A stretch of 64,000 bases of DNA from Gammaproteobacteria bacterium (GTDB taxonomy: Bacteria; Pseudomonadota; Gammaproteobacteria; UBA4575). Within the stretch, counting starts at the first letter, position 1. Every line of letters starts with the position of its first letter. The stretch spans positions 75,705 through 139,704 of the forward strand of contig JAPOYL010000013.1 in assembly GCA_026706595.1 (NCBI GenBank). Direction: 5' to 3'. Of the stretch, positions 1 through 11,870 are shown piece by piece. Both the position numbers and the translations under genes were made by a program. The notes under the pieces are model-generated. The model was not told the DNA's origin, ran no database searches, and saw only the letters and a list, made by a program, of their open reading frames with translations.

Positions 1-230
1 CAACGCAAGAAGAGGAATTCAGCTTGGAATTGCGGACACGCGACCGTGAAGGAAAGCTGGTTCGGAAAATTAACCAGACACTGGCTGCGATTGATGCCGA
101 CGAATATGGCTACTGCGAATCCTGTGGTGTGGAAATAGGGATCGAAAGGCTAGAGGCTCGCCCCACAGCCACCCTGTGTATCGACTGCAAGACGCTTCAG
201 GAAATCAAGGAAAAACAGAGCTTTACATGA
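1..230 (+). CDS. dksA: RNA polymerase-binding factor DksA, C-terminal part (5' end lies upstream of the window)
   Basis: Frame 3 is open from position 3 and reads [55 protein letters not shown]. This is the DksA/TraR C4 zinc finger (CxxC-N17-CxxC). Confidence 0.9.
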   Translation, partial: TQEEEFSLELRTRDREGKLVRKINQTLAAIDADEYGYCESCGVEIGIERLEARPTATLCIDCKTLQEIKEKQSFT

Positions 231-320
231 CCTGCTTTTGGTTTTGATAAAGCCTCGTGAAGGTGCAGCCCACGCACCTGCGGTGAAAAGCCGCAACTAC
301 TTGCAGCAAACCATACAAGA

Positions 321-1418
321 TTAGTCCGCGCCGCGCCCTCCTGGCATCGTGCTTGCGTCCAGGAACTTGTCAAAGAATATGTTCTCCTCTTTCATTCCCT
401 GTGCGACCATCACTTCAATGGCTGCATCGATCATAGGCGGCGGTCCGCACAAATAGCCTTGGGACTCACTCAAGGACAGTTTCCCGGTATCTACATAAGC
501 GGACTGGAGATAGTCTGTCACCAGCCCTCGTGCACCTTGCCAATCACTGTCCTCGGGTTCCATATTCAGGACAGGGACAAATTCGAATGAGTGACTCGGA
601 TTCCATTTCGAACCAATCGCTTCCATCTCCGCAAGACAATACAGGTCTTTCTGGGTTCTGGCACCAAACAGGAACAGGCAGTCCCGCGTGAGTTGCTCAT
701 TCACCGCAGATTCCAAAATTGCCTTTATCGAACTGATACCGCTGCCCCCCGCGATACAAACGATCGGAGCCGGTTCCGGTCGCAACCAGAAATGGCCGTA
801 AGGTCCGGCTACAGTAACCTTTGCACCAGCGCGGTCTTCCTTGAACAGCCATTCTGTAAACTCACCCCCAGGGACCAAGCGAACAAAAAACGTCATTTCA
901 TTTTCTGCCTCATTTTCCGGTGCCTTGGCAAAAGAATAGGACCGTGGACTGCTGAGGCCGGGTACGCTGATCTCTGCATACTGGCCTGCAATACCGCTGC
1001 GCTGTGGCAACGGGTATAGGGACTGTACGACGATCTCCTTGATGTCATGCGTCAAGTCCGTAATGCGGGCAAGCTGCCCCTCAAAGCTGACGACCTGATG
1101 GGCATGCGATGCGTCTTCCAGTTCAACCTCAATCTCGATATCAGTTTTCAGCCGGGTCTGGCATGCCAGAATCCAGCCTTCCTTCAGCTGATCAGGATCA
1201 AGGACATAGGTAAAATCAGTCAGTGACTTGGTTTTACCTTTTTTCAGAATGCATTTACAGGAGGTGCAACTTCCTACGCGGCAATCATGCGGCCAGGGTA
1301 TTCCAAGTTCCAAGGCGGCATTGAGCAAGTTGTCTCCGGCCTTGACTGTAAACTGATGCTCTCCGGAATTGATGTCCGCTTGCCAGTCTTTGTTGGTACT
1401 GCCAAAAAATTTAAACAT
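321..1418 (-). CDS. 2Fe-2S ferredoxin / FAD / NAD(P)-binding oxidoreductase (ferredoxin-NAD(P) reductase family)
   Basis: 365-aa ORF. N-terminal plant-type 2Fe-2S motif CRVGSCTSCKC..ACQ, RSYS FAD-binding motif, GGSGISS dinucleotide-binding motif. Confidence 0.8.
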   Translation of the reverse strand: MFKFFGSTNKDWQADINSGEHQFTVKAGDNLLNAALELGIPWPHDCRVGSCTSCKCILKKGKTKSLTDFTYVLDPDQLKEGWILACQTRLKTDIEIEVELEDASHAHQVVSFEGQLARITDLTHDIKEIVVQSLYPLPQRSGIAGQYAEISVPGLSSPRSYSFAKAPENEAENEMTFFVRLVPGGEFTEWLFKEDRAGAKVTVAGPYGHFWLRPEPAPIVCIAGGSGISSIKAILESAVNEQLTRDCLFLFGARTQKDLYCLAEMEAIGSKWNPSHSFEFVPVLNMEPEDSDWQGARGLVTDYLQSAYVDTGKLSLSESQGYLCGPPPMIDAAIEVMVAQGMKEENIFFDKFLDASTMPGGRGAD

Positions 1419-1888
1419 GATCCCTGAACCAAGGCTGGTATTTGATTTGGTGCTGCAAGTACCGGTTATGTGAACTCAAAGGATGTGCTTTAAAAAATGT
1501 GAATCGAAATGTTTGTCCCCATTTCTGATTTAACATCATCTGTCTGTCGCAGACAAGGCAAAGGGATTTCCCTTCAGCACCTGATCAATCACAACAGTCA
1601 CCCGTCCACGAACACCATGGTATGACAAGGCTGTTTTCGTGTTTGGTAGGAGGAGCGTACCGGTATACACCCGATTGGTCTGTCAGGCGATTACTGCGCA
1701 CCTGCCAAAACGGCCCGTTTACACATTGCAGGAAACACTTCCCCGCGCCTGACGATTAGGACCCCACTAAAAGACATTGCCAAGCACCCGACAAGCCACG
1801 GGTATGGGCTGGTTGCAACTTGCGCCAGCCCTCCCAGGCTCAGAGGATCAATTGGATGCTTTTAGTGCCGAGTCTGCAACTAAGGCTG

Positions 1889-2068
1889 CTATTCCTCGAT
1901 CTGCAACGCTCCGGATGGACACTTGGAGACGGTTTCACGAATCTCCGCCTCAGGCGCAGCACTCGTATCAATTACAAATTGTCCGTCTTCCACCTTGAAC
2001 ACCGTAGGGGAACCTTTCACACATTCTCCGGCGTGAATACAGGTATTTCCGTCATATGTTACTTTCAT
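1889..2068 (-). CDS. Small Cys-containing protein, probable divergent 4Fe-4S mono-cluster ferredoxin-like protein (59 aa)
   Basis: Absent from the supplied track (below 60 aa). Sequence: MKVTYDGNTCIHAGECVKGSPTVFKVEDGQFVIDTSAAPEAEIRETVSKCPSGALQIEE. ATG at 2068-2066, TAG at 1891-1889, GGAGGA 8 nt upstream of the ATG. Confidence 0.6.
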   Translation of the reverse strand: MKVTYDGNTCIHAGECVKGSPTVFKVEDGQFVIDTSAAPEAEIRETVSKCPSGALQIEE

Positions 2069-2362
2069 CGTAAGTTTCCTCCATCTTACTTTTTTTGGAC
2101 CAACTTGACTGTTTGCGACCGTAATTTTTGAGTAGTTATAGCTCCCTAAAAAGACACACTCTTATTTCCTGCTGAAAAACACGAAATAAAGTCAGTGGAC
2201 TTCATATGCAATCGCCCGAAAGTATATCACCCTTGCAGATTCAAAGGTAATGTCACTCAGATGGCCATGTCTCCACCCCATCCCGACGCCAGGGTCAAGT
2301 GATGCACTTCTTCACATCAATCGAGTATGCCTTTCGGCATGTCCAGGATAAGAACAGGTCAG

Positions 2363-2761
2363 CTAATCCTGTTTGGAATCAAACTCCAAAGAGACAGAAT
2401 TTATACAGTATCTGAGATGTGTGGGGGGAGGCCCATCATTGAACACATGACCCAGGTGGGATCCGCAGCTGCTGCATATCACTTCTGTAGCCCTGCTAAA
2501 GAGCCCAAGATCTGGGCGCGTGGCTACACTCTGCTGGTCCAATGGCTGCCAGAAACTCGGCCAGCCAGTGCCTGAATCATATTTGGCTTGAGAATCGAAC
2601 AAGGGTGCCTTGCAGCACACACATCGATAGATGCCGGCATCCTTGTGATTCCAGTATTCGCCGCTGAAAGGAGGCTCTGTACCTTTTTGCCTGCACACCC
2701 AGAATTGTTCCGGTGTCAGTTGCTGCCGCCATTCTTTTTTTGACTTTTTAACCTTTGTCAA
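2363..2761 (-). CDS. msrB: Peptide-methionine (R)-S-oxide reductase
   Basis: 132 aa. Two CxxC zinc motifs (CVCCKAP, CSSCGSHLGHVF), GTGWPSF, catalytic RYCINS. Confidence 0.93.
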   Translation of the reverse strand: MTKVKKSKKEWRQQLTPEQFWVCRQKGTEPPFSGEYWNHKDAGIYRCVCCKAPLFDSQAKYDSGTGWPSFWQPLDQQSVATRPDLGLFSRATEVICSSCGSHLGHVFNDGPPPTHLRYCINSVSLEFDSKQD

Positions 2762-2813
2762 TGTCCCGAAAACCGAGGCCGCCCATGGAACACAGGCTTA
2801 CGAATGTTCATTC

Positions 2814-4895
2814 TCAATGCTCAATGGCTTTCATGCTTAACCTGACGCGGCCCTGCTTGTCAATTTCAAGCACTTTCACCTTAATGATATCTCCCTCCGA
2901 GAGTTCATCCGCCACGCTGTCGACTCGCTCATGTGAGATTTGTGAGATATGAACAAGTCCATCCTTGCCTGGCAGCACGCTTACGAAGGCTCCGAAATCC
3001 ATGATCTTCACGACTTTCCCTTCATAGATCTTACCGACTTCCACATCAGCCGTGATCTCTTCGATTCGGCGCTTGGCATCGTCTCCTGCAGCCTTATCCA
3101 CGGACGCGATGCGAACGACCCCGTCGTCGTCGATGTCTATGGTGGTCCCCGTCTCTTCTGTCAGTGCACGTATGGTTGCACCGCCCTTGCCGATTACGTC
3201 GCGTATCTTGTCGGGGTTGATTTTGAGAACTGTAAACCTCGGCGCATGCTCGGACATCTCCTCGCGTGGGGCCGGGATGACAGCATTCATTTCCCCGAGA
3301 ATATGTGACAACCCTTCACAGGCCTGCTTGATCGCAATCTCCATAATCTCCCGCGTAATGCCTTCAATTTTGATGTCCATTTGCAGTGCAGTGATGCCCT
3401 GCTCGGTTCCTGCCACCTTGAAATCCATGTCGCCCAGGTGATCCTCATCACCCAGGATATCCGTGAGAACTGCAAAGCTTTCGCCCTCCTTGATCAACCC
3501 CATGGCGATTCCTGCAACCGGTGCCTTGATGGGGACGCCCGAATCCATCAGGGAGAGGCTGGTACCACAAACGCTGGCCATGGAGCTGGAACCATTCGAT
3601 TCCGTAATTTCAGACACCACCCGGATCACATAAGGAAAGTCATCTTCACCTGGAACCACAGCCCGTATGCCACGCTTGGCCAGTTTCCCATGCCCGATCT
3701 CGCGGCGTTTTGGCGATCCGACCATGCCCGTTTCCCCAACACAGTAAGGTGGGAAATTATAGTGCAGCATGAAGTTGTCCTTGAACTCGCCCTCTATGGC
3801 ATCAATTATCTGTGCATCCCGACCTGTGCCCAGGGTCGTCGCGACCAGGGCCTGGGTTTCTCCACGCGTGAAAAGGGCGCTGCCGTGAACCCGGGGCAAA
3901 ATCCCTACCCGGACACCAATAGGACGAACCGTGCTTCGGTCCCGTCCATCAATGCGTGGCTCACCTGCCAAAATCCGGGTGCGCACGATCTCTTTCTCAA
4001 GCTTGCTGAAGGCCCCAAGAATCTCCGCTTCGCTCGATCCCTCCGCTTCGCCCGACAGGGAGTCCAGCAGTTGACTGCGAATTTCGCCAACCTTGTTCTG
4101 GCGTTCGACCTTTTCAGCAATTTGGTACGCCTCACCGAGACTCTCGCGACACTGGTTATTGACCTGGTCAGCCAGGGATTCATCGGCGTGCGGAGCTTGC
4201 CAGTCCCATGCCGACTTGCCGGCTTCCTGGGCAAACTCTTTGATTGCCTGAATGGCTTTCTGAAGCTGTTCATGGCCAAACATCACCGCGCCCAGCATCG
4301 TTTCCTGCGGGAGGATGTCAGCTTCGGACTCCACCATCAAAACTGCACTCTCCGTACCGGCCACAACCAGGTCCAGGCTGGAATTTTTCAACTGATAGTT
4401 GTCCGGGTTGAGTACATAGTTGCCATCCACGTAACCCACCCTGGCTGCACCTATGGTCCCGTTGAAGGGGATCCCGGATATTGCCAGTGCAGCAGAGGCG
4501 CCGAGCAGGGCCGGCACGTCCGGGTCGATGGCCGTGTTCATGGACACCACCGTAGCGATGATTTGCACTTCGTTGAGAAACCCTTTGGGGAACATCGGTC
4601 GAAGTGGACGGTCAATGAGCCGCGAGGTCAGCGTCTCCTTTTCAGACGGACGGCCTTCCCGCTTGAAGAAACCGCCGGGTATCTTTCCTGCCGCGTACGT
4701 CTTTTCCTGATAATTGATGGTCAGCGGGAAAAAATCCCGGTTAGGGTCAGGCTCTCTCCTGGCTACAGCTGTAACAAGAACCGATGTCTCGCCCATGTCA
4801 ACAAGCACGGCACCATCTGCCTGGCGCGCAATTTCACCAGTCTCCAGTGTGACTTGGTGATCCCCATATGAAAACGACTTTGTAACTTTACTCAC
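2814..4895 (-). CDS. pnp: Polynucleotide phosphorylase
   Basis: 693 aa. Two RNase PH-like halves, a KH region and a C-terminal S1 domain ([13 protein letters not shown]). Lies downstream of rpsO as in E. coli. Confidence 0.97.
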   Translation of the reverse strand: MSKVTKSFSYGDHQVTLETGEIARQADGAVLVDMGETSVLVTAVARREPDPNRDFFPLTINYQEKTYAAGKIPGGFFKREGRPSEKETLTSRLIDRPLRPMFPKGFLNEVQIIATVVSMNTAIDPDVPALLGASAALAISGIPFNGTIGAARVGYVDGNYVLNPDNYQLKNSSLDLVVAGTESAVLMVESEADILPQETMLGAVMFGHEQLQKAIQAIKEFAQEAGKSAWDWQAPHADESLADQVNNQCRESLGEAYQIAEKVERQNKVGEIRSQLLDSLSGEAEGSSEAEILGAFSKLEKEIVRTRILAGEPRIDGRDRSTVRPIGVRVGILPRVHGSALFTRGETQALVATTLGTGRDAQIIDAIEGEFKDNFMLHYNFPPYCVGETGMVGSPKRREIGHGKLAKRGIRAVVPGEDDFPYVIRVVSEITESNGSSSMASVCGTSLSLMDSGVPIKAPVAGIAMGLIKEGESFAVLTDILGDEDHLGDMDFKVAGTEQGITALQMDIKIEGITREIMEIAIKQACEGLSHILGEMNAVIPAPREEMSEHAPRFTVLKINPDKIRDVIGKGGATIRALTEETGTTIDIDDDGVVRIASVDKAAGDDAKRRIEEITADVEVGKIYEGKVVKIMDFGAFVSVLPGKDGLVHISQISHERVDSVADELSEGDIIKVKVLEIDKQGRVRLSMKAIEH

Positions 4896-4997
4896 TGTTT
4901 AATTCCATTTATTGAATAGCTGATTTAAAACTCATGCCCATGAAGGCAGCAGCCCGCACCGGGCTGTGAAATAGATGCATGCTGTAATTCTTGCACA

Positions 4998-5041
4998 CCC
5001 CTCATTACTTACCTGCCAACTTCCCCTGCCAACATGAGGGG
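4998..5041 (-). promoter_or_regulatory. Stem-loop in the rpsO-pnp intergenic region (possible rpsO attenuator or pnp leader processing hairpin)
   Basis: 8-bp arms CCCCTCAT (4998-5005) and ATGAGGGG (5034-5041). The loop contains a tandem CCTGCCAAC repeat. The position matches the E. coli rpsO-pnp leader. Function is inferred only. Confidence 0.3.
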
Positions 5042-5049
5042 GCTGTCCG

Positions 5050-5319
5050 TTAGCGCCTTAGCCCAAGAGAACCGATCAGTTCCTGGTACTTTTTCTGATT
5101 TTTTTTGCGCAAGTAATCAAGAAGTTTGCGACGTCGATTAACCATCTTCAGTAAGCCATGGCGAGAGTGATGGTCTTTCTTGTGTGTCTCGAGATGCCCG
5201 CTTAAGTGTGAGATGCGCGCTGACAAAAGTGCAACCTGCACTTCAGGAGAACCGGTGTCGGTTTGGTCGCGCTGATACTCCTTAACAATCTTTGATTTTT
5301 CTGCTGCAACAAATGCCAT
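5050..5319 (-). CDS. rpsO: 30S ribosomal protein S15
   Basis: 89 aa: ..[47 protein letters not shown].. Confidence 0.97.
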   Translation of the reverse strand: MAFVAAEKSKIVKEYQRDQTDTGSPEVQVALLSARISHLSGHLETHKKDHHSRHGLLKMVNRRRKLLDYLRKKNQKKYQELIGSLGLRR

Positions 5320-5472
5320 ATTTCTGTATTGCCTGTTTCACCACTTGCTTGTTGGTACGTATAACCTGTGTATGGGCGGCGATTCTACCATGTAAGCCCT
5401 TACAAACAAGGATAAATATGTAAGGCCTGATCTTGCGGCACGATCCCCGAACCCGGGTCATGCCCTGCTGTT

Positions 5473-6381
5473 TCAGCTCAGGCATTTGGAAACGATTCGC
5501 CCATCCTCCAGAACGGTTCCCACTCCATAAAAGCGGTTGTTCACATCATAAATCCTGACAATTTCTCCGGGCGGAGACTCATGCATTTGGACTGGACGGC
5601 CATAGCGGGCCTCTTCCATCATGTACTCATCAAATGCCAGTGCAGGCCAGGACTGCAGGGCAGCATCGACGGGCAGCAACAGCCTGTCCAGTGAAGAAAA
5701 ATCCGTATCGGCGGATTTCTCCAGCTTTTCCAGCGTGTGCATCACGGGGTCCACAAATGGGCCAAGGCCCGTGCGCCTCAATTCGACCACGTAAGCACCA
5801 CAACCCAGAGCTTTGCCCAAGTCCTCGACCAGCGTCCGGACATAGGTTCCCTTTGAACAGTGCACGTCAGCATACAAGAGGGCATCTTCCCTTCGAGTGA
5901 CTTCCAGCCTGTATACCTTGACTGCTCTCGGAGGGCGTGTGACCTCGACGCCCTGCCTGGCCAGCCGGTATAACCGGGTCCCCTGATGCTTCAGGGCAGA
6001 ATACATGGGCGGGACCTGCTCAATATCACCGGTCAGGCACTGGGTGGCCTGCCGGACCTGCTCATCGGTCACCGTGGAGGCATCCTGTTCACGGGTGATA
6101 CGACCGTCCGCATCGCCCGTATCAGTCGTTGCACCCAGCCTCAGCAGCACCTTGTAGTGCTTGTCCGAAGTCAACAGAAAGTCAGAAATTTTTGTGGCTC
6201 GCCCAAAGCAGACCGTCAACAGGCCCGTGGCAAGTGGGTCCAGGCTTCCGGTATGGCCGGCCTTGTCCGCATTGAAGAGCCTTTTCGCCTTTTGCAATGC
6301 CCGGTTGGAAGTCATGCCGGATGGCTTGTCCAGGAGCAGCAAGCCGTTGAGTGTGCGCCCCTTGCGCCTGTGCCTGGGCAT
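5473..6381 (-). CDS. truB: tRNA pseudouridine(55) synthase
   Basis: 302 aa. Catalytic Asp motif GHTGSLDPLATGLL. Position between rbfA and rpsO. Confidence 0.95.
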   Translation of the reverse strand: MPRHRRKGRTLNGLLLLDKPSGMTSNRALQKAKRLFNADKAGHTGSLDPLATGLLTVCFGRATKISDFLLTSDKHYKVLLRLGATTDTGDADGRITREQDASTVTDEQVRQATQCLTGDIEQVPPMYSALKHQGTRLYRLARQGVEVTRPPRAVKVYRLEVTRREDALLYADVHCSKGTYVRTLVEDLGKALGCGAYVVELRRTGLGPFVDPVMHTLEKLEKSADTDFSSLDRLLLPVDAALQSWPALAFDEYMMEEARYGRPVQMHESPPGEIVRIYDVNNRFYGVGTVLEDGRIVSKCLS

Positions 6382-6384
6382 GGA

Positions 6385-6738
6385 TTATCGGTTGACGCTG
6401 CTTTCTATCAGCTTTTCGATGCGCGCGCTCTTTGTCTCGGTATCGTCAACGATAAAGCGCAGCCGCGGGATTTTGCGCAAATGCAGCCGGTTACTCAGTC
6501 TTGTACGCAAGAAGCCACTGGCACTTTGCAGACCTTTCAGGCTTTCGGTTGCATCCTGCCGGATATCCAGATGGCTGAAATAGACCTTTGCCAAGCTGAG
6601 ATCCTTGCTGACCACAATGTCATAAATGACAATTTCAGGAATTCGGGGATCCTTTACCTCTGCACGCAGCAATGCAGCCAGTTCGCGGCTCAACTGTTCC
6701 CCGATCCGCAGCGTCCTGAAAGATTCTTGTTGCATTCG
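6385..6738 (-). CDS. rbfA: Ribosome-binding factor A
   Basis: RbfA-like sequence (RIGEQLSRELAALLRAEVKDPRI..). The track ORF extends to 6777, but that would overlap the infB stop (6761). The internal ATG at 6738 (MQQESF..) is preferred. Confidence 0.88.
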   Translation of the reverse strand, partial: RMQQESFRTLRIGEQLSRELAALLRAEVKDPRIPEIVIYDIVVSKDLSLAKVYFSHLDIRQDATESLKGLQSASGFLRTRLSNRLHLRKIPRLRFIVDDTETKSARIEKLIESSVNR

Positions 6739-6760
6739 ACAAAAGGACCCTCCGGAGTTC

Positions 6761-9271
6761 TCAAACGGAACGGGCAACTTCTGTACGTTCGTAGACCTCG
6801 ATCTGGTCTCCTACCTGAACGTCATTATAGTTCTTTACTGCGATTCCACACTCCGTGCCTGCACGCACTTCGTTCACATCATCCTTGTGGCGGCGCAATG
6901 ACTCGAGCTCGCCTTCAAATATCACGATGTTGTCACGCAAAACGCGGATGGGGTTTCCGCGCTTGATGGATCCTTCCATCACCTGGGTGCCTGCAACAGC
7001 GCCCATCTTGGAAGATTTGAAGACTTCCTTGATATGGGCAAGCCCAATAATCTCTTCACGCAATTCCGGCGTAAGCAGCCCGCTGATGGCCAATTTCACA
7101 TCATCGATCGTCTCGTAAATGATGCTGTAGTAACGGATGTCGATACCGAGCTCTGCGGCCACACGTTTTGCGGCATTGTCCGCACGCACATTGAATCCGA
7201 TGACAATGGCATCCGAAGCGCCCGCCAGATTGATGTCCGATTCATTGATGCCCCCGACACTGGCCATCACAATTTTCACTTCGACTTCATCGGTGGACAG
7301 TTTTTCCAGCGAATCACGCAACGCCTCCGCGCTGCCCTGTACATCGGCTTTGATCAGGACATTGATTGAGGCCGCAGCATCCTCGCCAACCCGGTTGAAG
7401 ATGTTTTCAAGTTTGGATGCCTGTTGTACGGCAAACCGGCTGTCCCTTGACTTGCTCTTGCGCAAGCCGACGATTTCGCGCACCTTGCGCTCGTCCATGA
7501 CTACGATTGCCTCATCCCCTGCATTGGCCACGCCGGACAAACCCAGCACGGCAACGGGGGTCGAGGGGCCTGCGGTATCCACCTCCTTGCCATGTTCGTC
7601 AAATATGGCCCGAACGCGTCCAAATTCTTCCCCTGTCAGCAACATGTTCCCCTTGGACAGACAGCCCTGCTGTATCAGTATGGTGGTTACCGGACCGCGT
7701 CCCTTGTCCAGTGCGGACTCGACCACCACGCCGGTTGCCGGTCCATGATCCACGGCCTTGAGCTCAAGCAGTTCTGCCTGCAGGGAAATGGCTTCAAGCA
7801 GGTCATCGACACCTTGCCCGGTCGAAGCCGAGACATCGACAAAAATCGTGTCGCCTCCCCACTGCTCCGGAATGACCCCCTGGGCCCCAAGATCGTTGCG
7901 AGTCCGTTCCGGGTCTGCATCTTCCTTGTCAATCTTGTTCACGGCAATGATGACCGGCACATCGGCCGCCTTGGAATGCTCAATGGCCTCTATGGTTTGC
8001 GGCATGACACCGTCATCCGCCGCAACCACGATGACCACGATATCCGTCACTTTTGCACCGCGGGCACGCATCGCGGTAAATGCGGCGTGACCCGGCGTAT
8101 CCAGGAATGTGATCGTACCCTTGTCGGTAGACACGCTGTAGGCCCCGATATGCTGGGTGATTCCACCCGCCTCACCTTCGGCGATCTTGGTGCGCCGGAT
8201 ATAGTCAAGCAGGGATGTCTTGCCATGATCGACATGCCCCATCACCGTCACGACCGGATTTCGTGGAAGTGCCTCCATCTCGCTGTAATCCACCTTCAGG
8301 ATATCCGCTTCGATATCCACAGGCTGGGTCGGCTTTGCGTCGTGACCCAGTTCTTCTGCCACAAGGATCGCGGTGTCCTGGTCGATCACTTGGTTGATCG
8401 TGGCCATCACGCCCATCTTCATCATTACGGCGATCACTTCGGCGGCCTTGATGCTCATTTTCTGGGCAAGATCCAGAACTGAGATATTGTCCGGCACCAG
8501 AATTTCCCTGCGGATCGGGCCGGTGGGTTTTTCAAATTTGTGCTTGCTGCTGGGCTCGATCTTGCCGGGCCGGCGCGGCTTGACTCGGGTTTTGCGTTTG
8601 CCGCCCTTGCCGGTGGCAACATGCAGTTCCCGCCGCTTTACCTTGGTATCGGGCTTGGCCTTTTCAGGTTCCGGCGACGGCTCCTGTACCGATTCAGGAC
8701 TTGCTGCGGGATCGCTTTTCGGAGCGGGCTCTTCTGCCACCTGTGGGGGCGGTGCCGGTGTGGCCTCTTTTTGAGGTGCCGGTGCGGCTTCCTCGGCCGA
8801 TTTCTGTTTCTCCTGCTCCGCTAGCTTGGCCTTGGCGGCGGCCTCCTCCGCGGCAGCTTTTTCCCGTTGCTCGGCGGCCTCCTTTTCCCTTGCGGCTTCC
8901 TGCTCTGCACGCTCCTGCCGGGCCTTGGCCTCCTCTTCAAGTACAGTACTGCGCTTGACATACGTGCGCTTGCGACGCACCTCCACATTTACAGTCGTGC
9001 TGCTGGTGCTGCCGCGACCCTGCGCTGTGTTGACCTTGAGTTGCGAAGTACTCTTCCGGCGCAGCACGATTTTCCTGCCGTCATCCGCAGGCAGGGCAGC
9101 AACCTTGCTGCGGTTGTTGCGCAAATGGTTCAGCAGCTGCATCTTCTGCTTGTCACTGACCGTCTGATCCGGCGTGCTGAAATCAAGGCCCGCCTCCGTA
9201 AGCTGGACCAGCAGCTTGTTAACAGGAATCTTGACGACTTCCGCAAGTTGTTTGACAGTAACTTCAGACAT
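6761..9271 (-). CDS. infB: Translation initiation factor IF-2
   Basis: 836 aa. G-domain motifs [21 protein letters not shown]. Ala/Glu/Lys/Pro-rich N-terminal region. Confidence 0.97.
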   Translation of the reverse strand: MSEVTVKQLAEVVKIPVNKLLVQLTEAGLDFSTPDQTVSDKQKMQLLNHLRNNRSKVAALPADDGRKIVLRRKSTSQLKVNTAQGRGSTSSTTVNVEVRRKRTYVKRSTVLEEEAKARQERAEQEAAREKEAAEQREKAAAEEAAAKAKLAEQEKQKSAEEAAPAPQKEATPAPPPQVAEEPAPKSDPAASPESVQEPSPEPEKAKPDTKVKRRELHVATGKGGKRKTRVKPRRPGKIEPSSKHKFEKPTGPIRREILVPDNISVLDLAQKMSIKAAEVIAVMMKMGVMATINQVIDQDTAILVAEELGHDAKPTQPVDIEADILKVDYSEMEALPRNPVVTVMGHVDHGKTSLLDYIRRTKIAEGEAGGITQHIGAYSVSTDKGTITFLDTPGHAAFTAMRARGAKVTDIVVIVVAADDGVMPQTIEAIEHSKAADVPVIIAVNKIDKEDADPERTRNDLGAQGVIPEQWGGDTIFVDVSASTGQGVDDLLEAISLQAELLELKAVDHGPATGVVVESALDKGRGPVTTILIQQGCLSKGNMLLTGEEFGRVRAIFDEHGKEVDTAGPSTPVAVLGLSGVANAGDEAIVVMDERKVREIVGLRKSKSRDSRFAVQQASKLENIFNRVGEDAAASINVLIKADVQGSAEALRDSLEKLSTDEVEVKIVMASVGGINESDINLAGASDAIVIGFNVRADNAAKRVAAELGIDIRYYSIIYETIDDVKLAISGLLTPELREEIIGLAHIKEVFKSSKMGAVAGTQVMEGSIKRGNPIRVLRDNIVIFEGELESLRRHKDDVNEVRAGTECGIAVKNYNDVQVGDQIEVYERTEVARSV

Positions 9272-9305
9272 AGTGATCGTTTATCGCGTCAGTTCAAACC
9301 TTCCT

Positions 9306-10826
9306 TTACCGGGTAGCACCTTCACTGGCAAACCAGGGGGCACGTGCAAGCATGATCAGAGCACCCGCGCGCTCTGAATCGAGCCCCTCAATGTCCAGCA
9401 GATCATCGATGGACTGCTCGGCCAGTTCCTCCATCGTCGAAATCCCCCTGCAGGCAAGCTCAAATGCCAAATCCTTGTCCATACCTTCCATGTTCAGCAG
9501 GTCCGCCGACGGTTCGACATCCGCAAATTTCTCCTCCGTGGCGATGGCCGTGGTCAGCAAGATATCTCTTGCACGCTTGCGCAGTTCTTCCACAATCTCC
9601 TCATCAAACTCCTCGACTTCAACCAGTTCTTTCGGCGGCACGTAGGCAATTTCCTCGACGCTGGAGAACCCTTCCTGCACGAGGATTACGGCCACTTCCT
9701 CGTCGACGTCCAGCTGCGACATGAACATGTCCACCAACTGGCGCGTTTCGGCCTCGCTTTTCTCTTCGGCCTGGCCTTCGGTCATCACGTTCAGCTCCCA
9801 GCCGGTCAGCTGACTGGCAAGCTTTACATTCTGCCCACCCCGCCCGATCGCCTGGGAAAGTTTCTCATCATCTACAGCAATATCCATACTGCGTTTGTCT
9901 TCATCCACAACGATCGAAGTCACCACCGCGGGAGACATGGCATTGATGACAAACTGAGCCGGATTTTCGTCCCAAAGAATGATGTCGATCCGCTCGCCCG
10001 CCAGTTCATTGGAAATGGACTGCACGCGCGAACCCCGCATGCCGACACAGGCGCCGACCGGGTCAAGATGCATATCGTTCGACTTTACCGAGATCTTCGC
10101 ACGCAGCCCGGGATCACGTGCCGCCGACAGCACATCGATCAGCCCCTGCCCAACCTCGGGTACTTCCAGCTTGACCAGTTCGATCAGGAACTCAGGCGCG
10201 GTGCGTGTCAGAAACAGCTGCGGGCCCCGGATCTCCTCACAAACTTCACGCAAATATGCACGGACTCGATCACCCGGGCGCACAGCCTCTCTCGGCACCA
10301 TCTGCTCGCGCGGGATAAAACCCTCCGCATTTCCGCCGAGGTCCACGTAGGTCCCGGAATGGTCAACGCGCTTGACCACTCCCATAATCAGCTCGCCGAC
10401 CCGATCCTTGAACGCATCAACCACCTGGGATCTTTCGGCTTCGCGCACTTTCTGCACAATCACCTGTTTGGCCGTATGCGCAGAGATTCGCCCGAAGGCT
10501 ACCGACTCGATAGGCACCTCGATGTACTGGCCGATTTCGATTTCCGGATGTTCGCTGATTGCATAGCTGTACAGTGTCTGTCTTTCGGGCGACTCAAATT
10601 CCGGATCCTCATCGTCCACGACCAGCCAGCGCCGGAAGGCTTCGTAATCTCCCGACTCCCGGTCGATTGCAACACGCACATCCATTTCAAGGCCATGCTT
10701 TTTCCGTGTTGCAGTGGCAAGCGCAGCTTCGATCGCCTCAAAGATAATCTCCTTGTCAACGCCCTTCTCGTTCGAAACTGTATCGACCACCAGTAAAATC
10801 TCTTTGTTCATAGACAGTTCACTCAT
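9306..10826 (-). CDS. nusA: Transcription termination/antitermination factor NusA
   Basis: 506 aa with S1, two KH regions and acidic C-terminal repeats. The ATG at 10826 overlaps the rimP stop (ATGA). An alternative start at 10811 (MNKEIL..) matches the E. coli N-terminus. Confidence 0.95.
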   Translation of the reverse strand: MSELSMNKEILLVVDTVSNEKGVDKEIIFEAIEAALATATRKKHGLEMDVRVAIDRESGDYEAFRRWLVVDDEDPEFESPERQTLYSYAISEHPEIEIGQYIEVPIESVAFGRISAHTAKQVIVQKVREAERSQVVDAFKDRVGELIMGVVKRVDHSGTYVDLGGNAEGFIPREQMVPREAVRPGDRVRAYLREVCEEIRGPQLFLTRTAPEFLIELVKLEVPEVGQGLIDVLSAARDPGLRAKISVKSNDMHLDPVGACVGMRGSRVQSISNELAGERIDIILWDENPAQFVINAMSPAVVTSIVVDEDKRSMDIAVDDEKLSQAIGRGGQNVKLASQLTGWELNVMTEGQAEEKSEAETRQLVDMFMSQLDVDEEVAVILVQEGFSSVEEIAYVPPKELVEVEEFDEEIVEELRKRARDILLTTAIATEEKFADVEPSADLLNMEGMDKDLAFELACRGISTMEELAEQSIDDLLDIEGLDSERAGALIMLARAPWFASEGATR

Positions 10827-11305
10827 GATTGATCACTCAATTCTATTTCCACGTCCAGCTTCACATTGCTTACGGCATTCAGCGGTACCGTGAATGATGC
10901 ATCGCCCTGTATTCTGATCCTGACATGCTCTTCTTCGACGCTCTCCAGCAAACCCTTGAAATTCCTTCGCCCTTCAACCGGCCAGGAAGTCTTGATCCTC
11001 ACCTTGCTGCCCACCGCATCCTGCATCTGTTCAACACTGAACAGCAACCGGTTGATGCCTGGAGACGATATCTCCAGGGTGTAGGGCATATGAATCGGGT
11101 CCTCTACATCCAGCACGGCACTTAACTGTTCGCTCACCTGCGAGCAATCGTCCAGCGTTACCCCCTTCTCGCGATCGATGTACACCCGTACCTGGGCTGT
11201 TCTGTGACCGGTCTGGCAATCCAGTCCCCAGAATTGGTAGCCCATGCCGGAAACCACCGGCTCGACGATGGGCACTATGCCGAACGGATCTCTGTACAAA
11301 TTCAT
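10823..11305 (-). CDS. rimP: Ribosome maturation factor RimP
   Basis: 160 aa, immediately upstream of nusA. RimP-like [12 protein letters not shown] motif. Confidence 0.9.
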   Translation of the reverse strand: MNLYRDPFGIVPIVEPVVSGMGYQFWGLDCQTGHRTAQVRVYIDREKGVTLDDCSQVSEQLSAVLDVEDPIHMPYTLEISSPGINRLLFSVEQMQDAVGSKVRIKTSWPVEGRRNFKGLLESVEEEHVRIRIQGDASFTVPLNAVSNVKLDVEIELSDQS

Positions 11306-11531
11306 TCGTCCAATAAAAAGGGCCCATCCAGGGCCCCTCCAAATTCTTGACCAAACAATGACTTATATGTCATCCAGATGAATCAGTATAGGTAAGAATG
11401 TCCAAAACATCAAGAGGATTACCGAGTTTTCGGCAAGTCAGGTAGCCAGAACAATTTCCGGTGATCTGTGCTGGGATTCAGTGCGAAAATCCCTGCCTGC
11501 CGTGCAGGTGCTGGAGGCAGTCCAGCCAGTT

Positions 11532-11840
11532 TCAGTCGTCATACAGGTTGGTGTAGGTGTCCAGGCCGATCCCCCCGTGATACTTGGGAAATGCTGCAAC
11601 GACGCTGGTGACATGCTTGGACGGCATACTGTCGTAGATCCTTTCCGCTACATCCGCCTCCAGCACCTCAATGCTTTCATCGCCGTCACTTTGCATGAAG
11701 TAGTTGGAGTTCAATGCACGAAACAGGAATTTTCCAGCCGCCTCGTCATATGCCAACAGCGTAGACGTATCCGTCCGATAGGTCTCTGAATCAACCACTT
11801 GCTGTAATTTTTTATACTTGGGCTCAGCTCTTGCGGGCAT
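11532..11840 (-). CDS. Hypothetical acidic protein (102 aa)
   Basis: ORF 30 nt downstream of the LLM monooxygenase gene on the same strand. No recognisable motif and no clear Shine-Dalgarno. The overlapping plus-strand ORF looks like an antisense artefact. Confidence 0.4.
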   Translation of the reverse strand: MPARAEPKYKKLQQVVDSETYRTDTSTLLAYDEAAGKFLFRALNSNYFMQSDGDESIEVLEADVAERIYDSMPSKHVTSVVAAFPKYHGGIGLDTYTNLYDD

Positions 11841-11870
11841 ATCTGAAACCTATTGCACAGAGAAGGTTCG

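Noticed and set aside
3381-4871. 496-aa plus-strand ORF
   Set aside because: It lies entirely antisense to pnp. The composition is Arg/His/Gly/Leu-rich with no motifs, which is typical of a shadow ORF in GC-rich coding DNA.
6739-6777. N-terminal extensions of rbfA (also nuoM to 26033, nuoD to 35946, dapB to 54044, carA to 49462)
   Set aside because: The extensions overlap upstream genes or lack homology to the family N-termini. Internal starts fit the gene junctions and ribosome-binding sites better.
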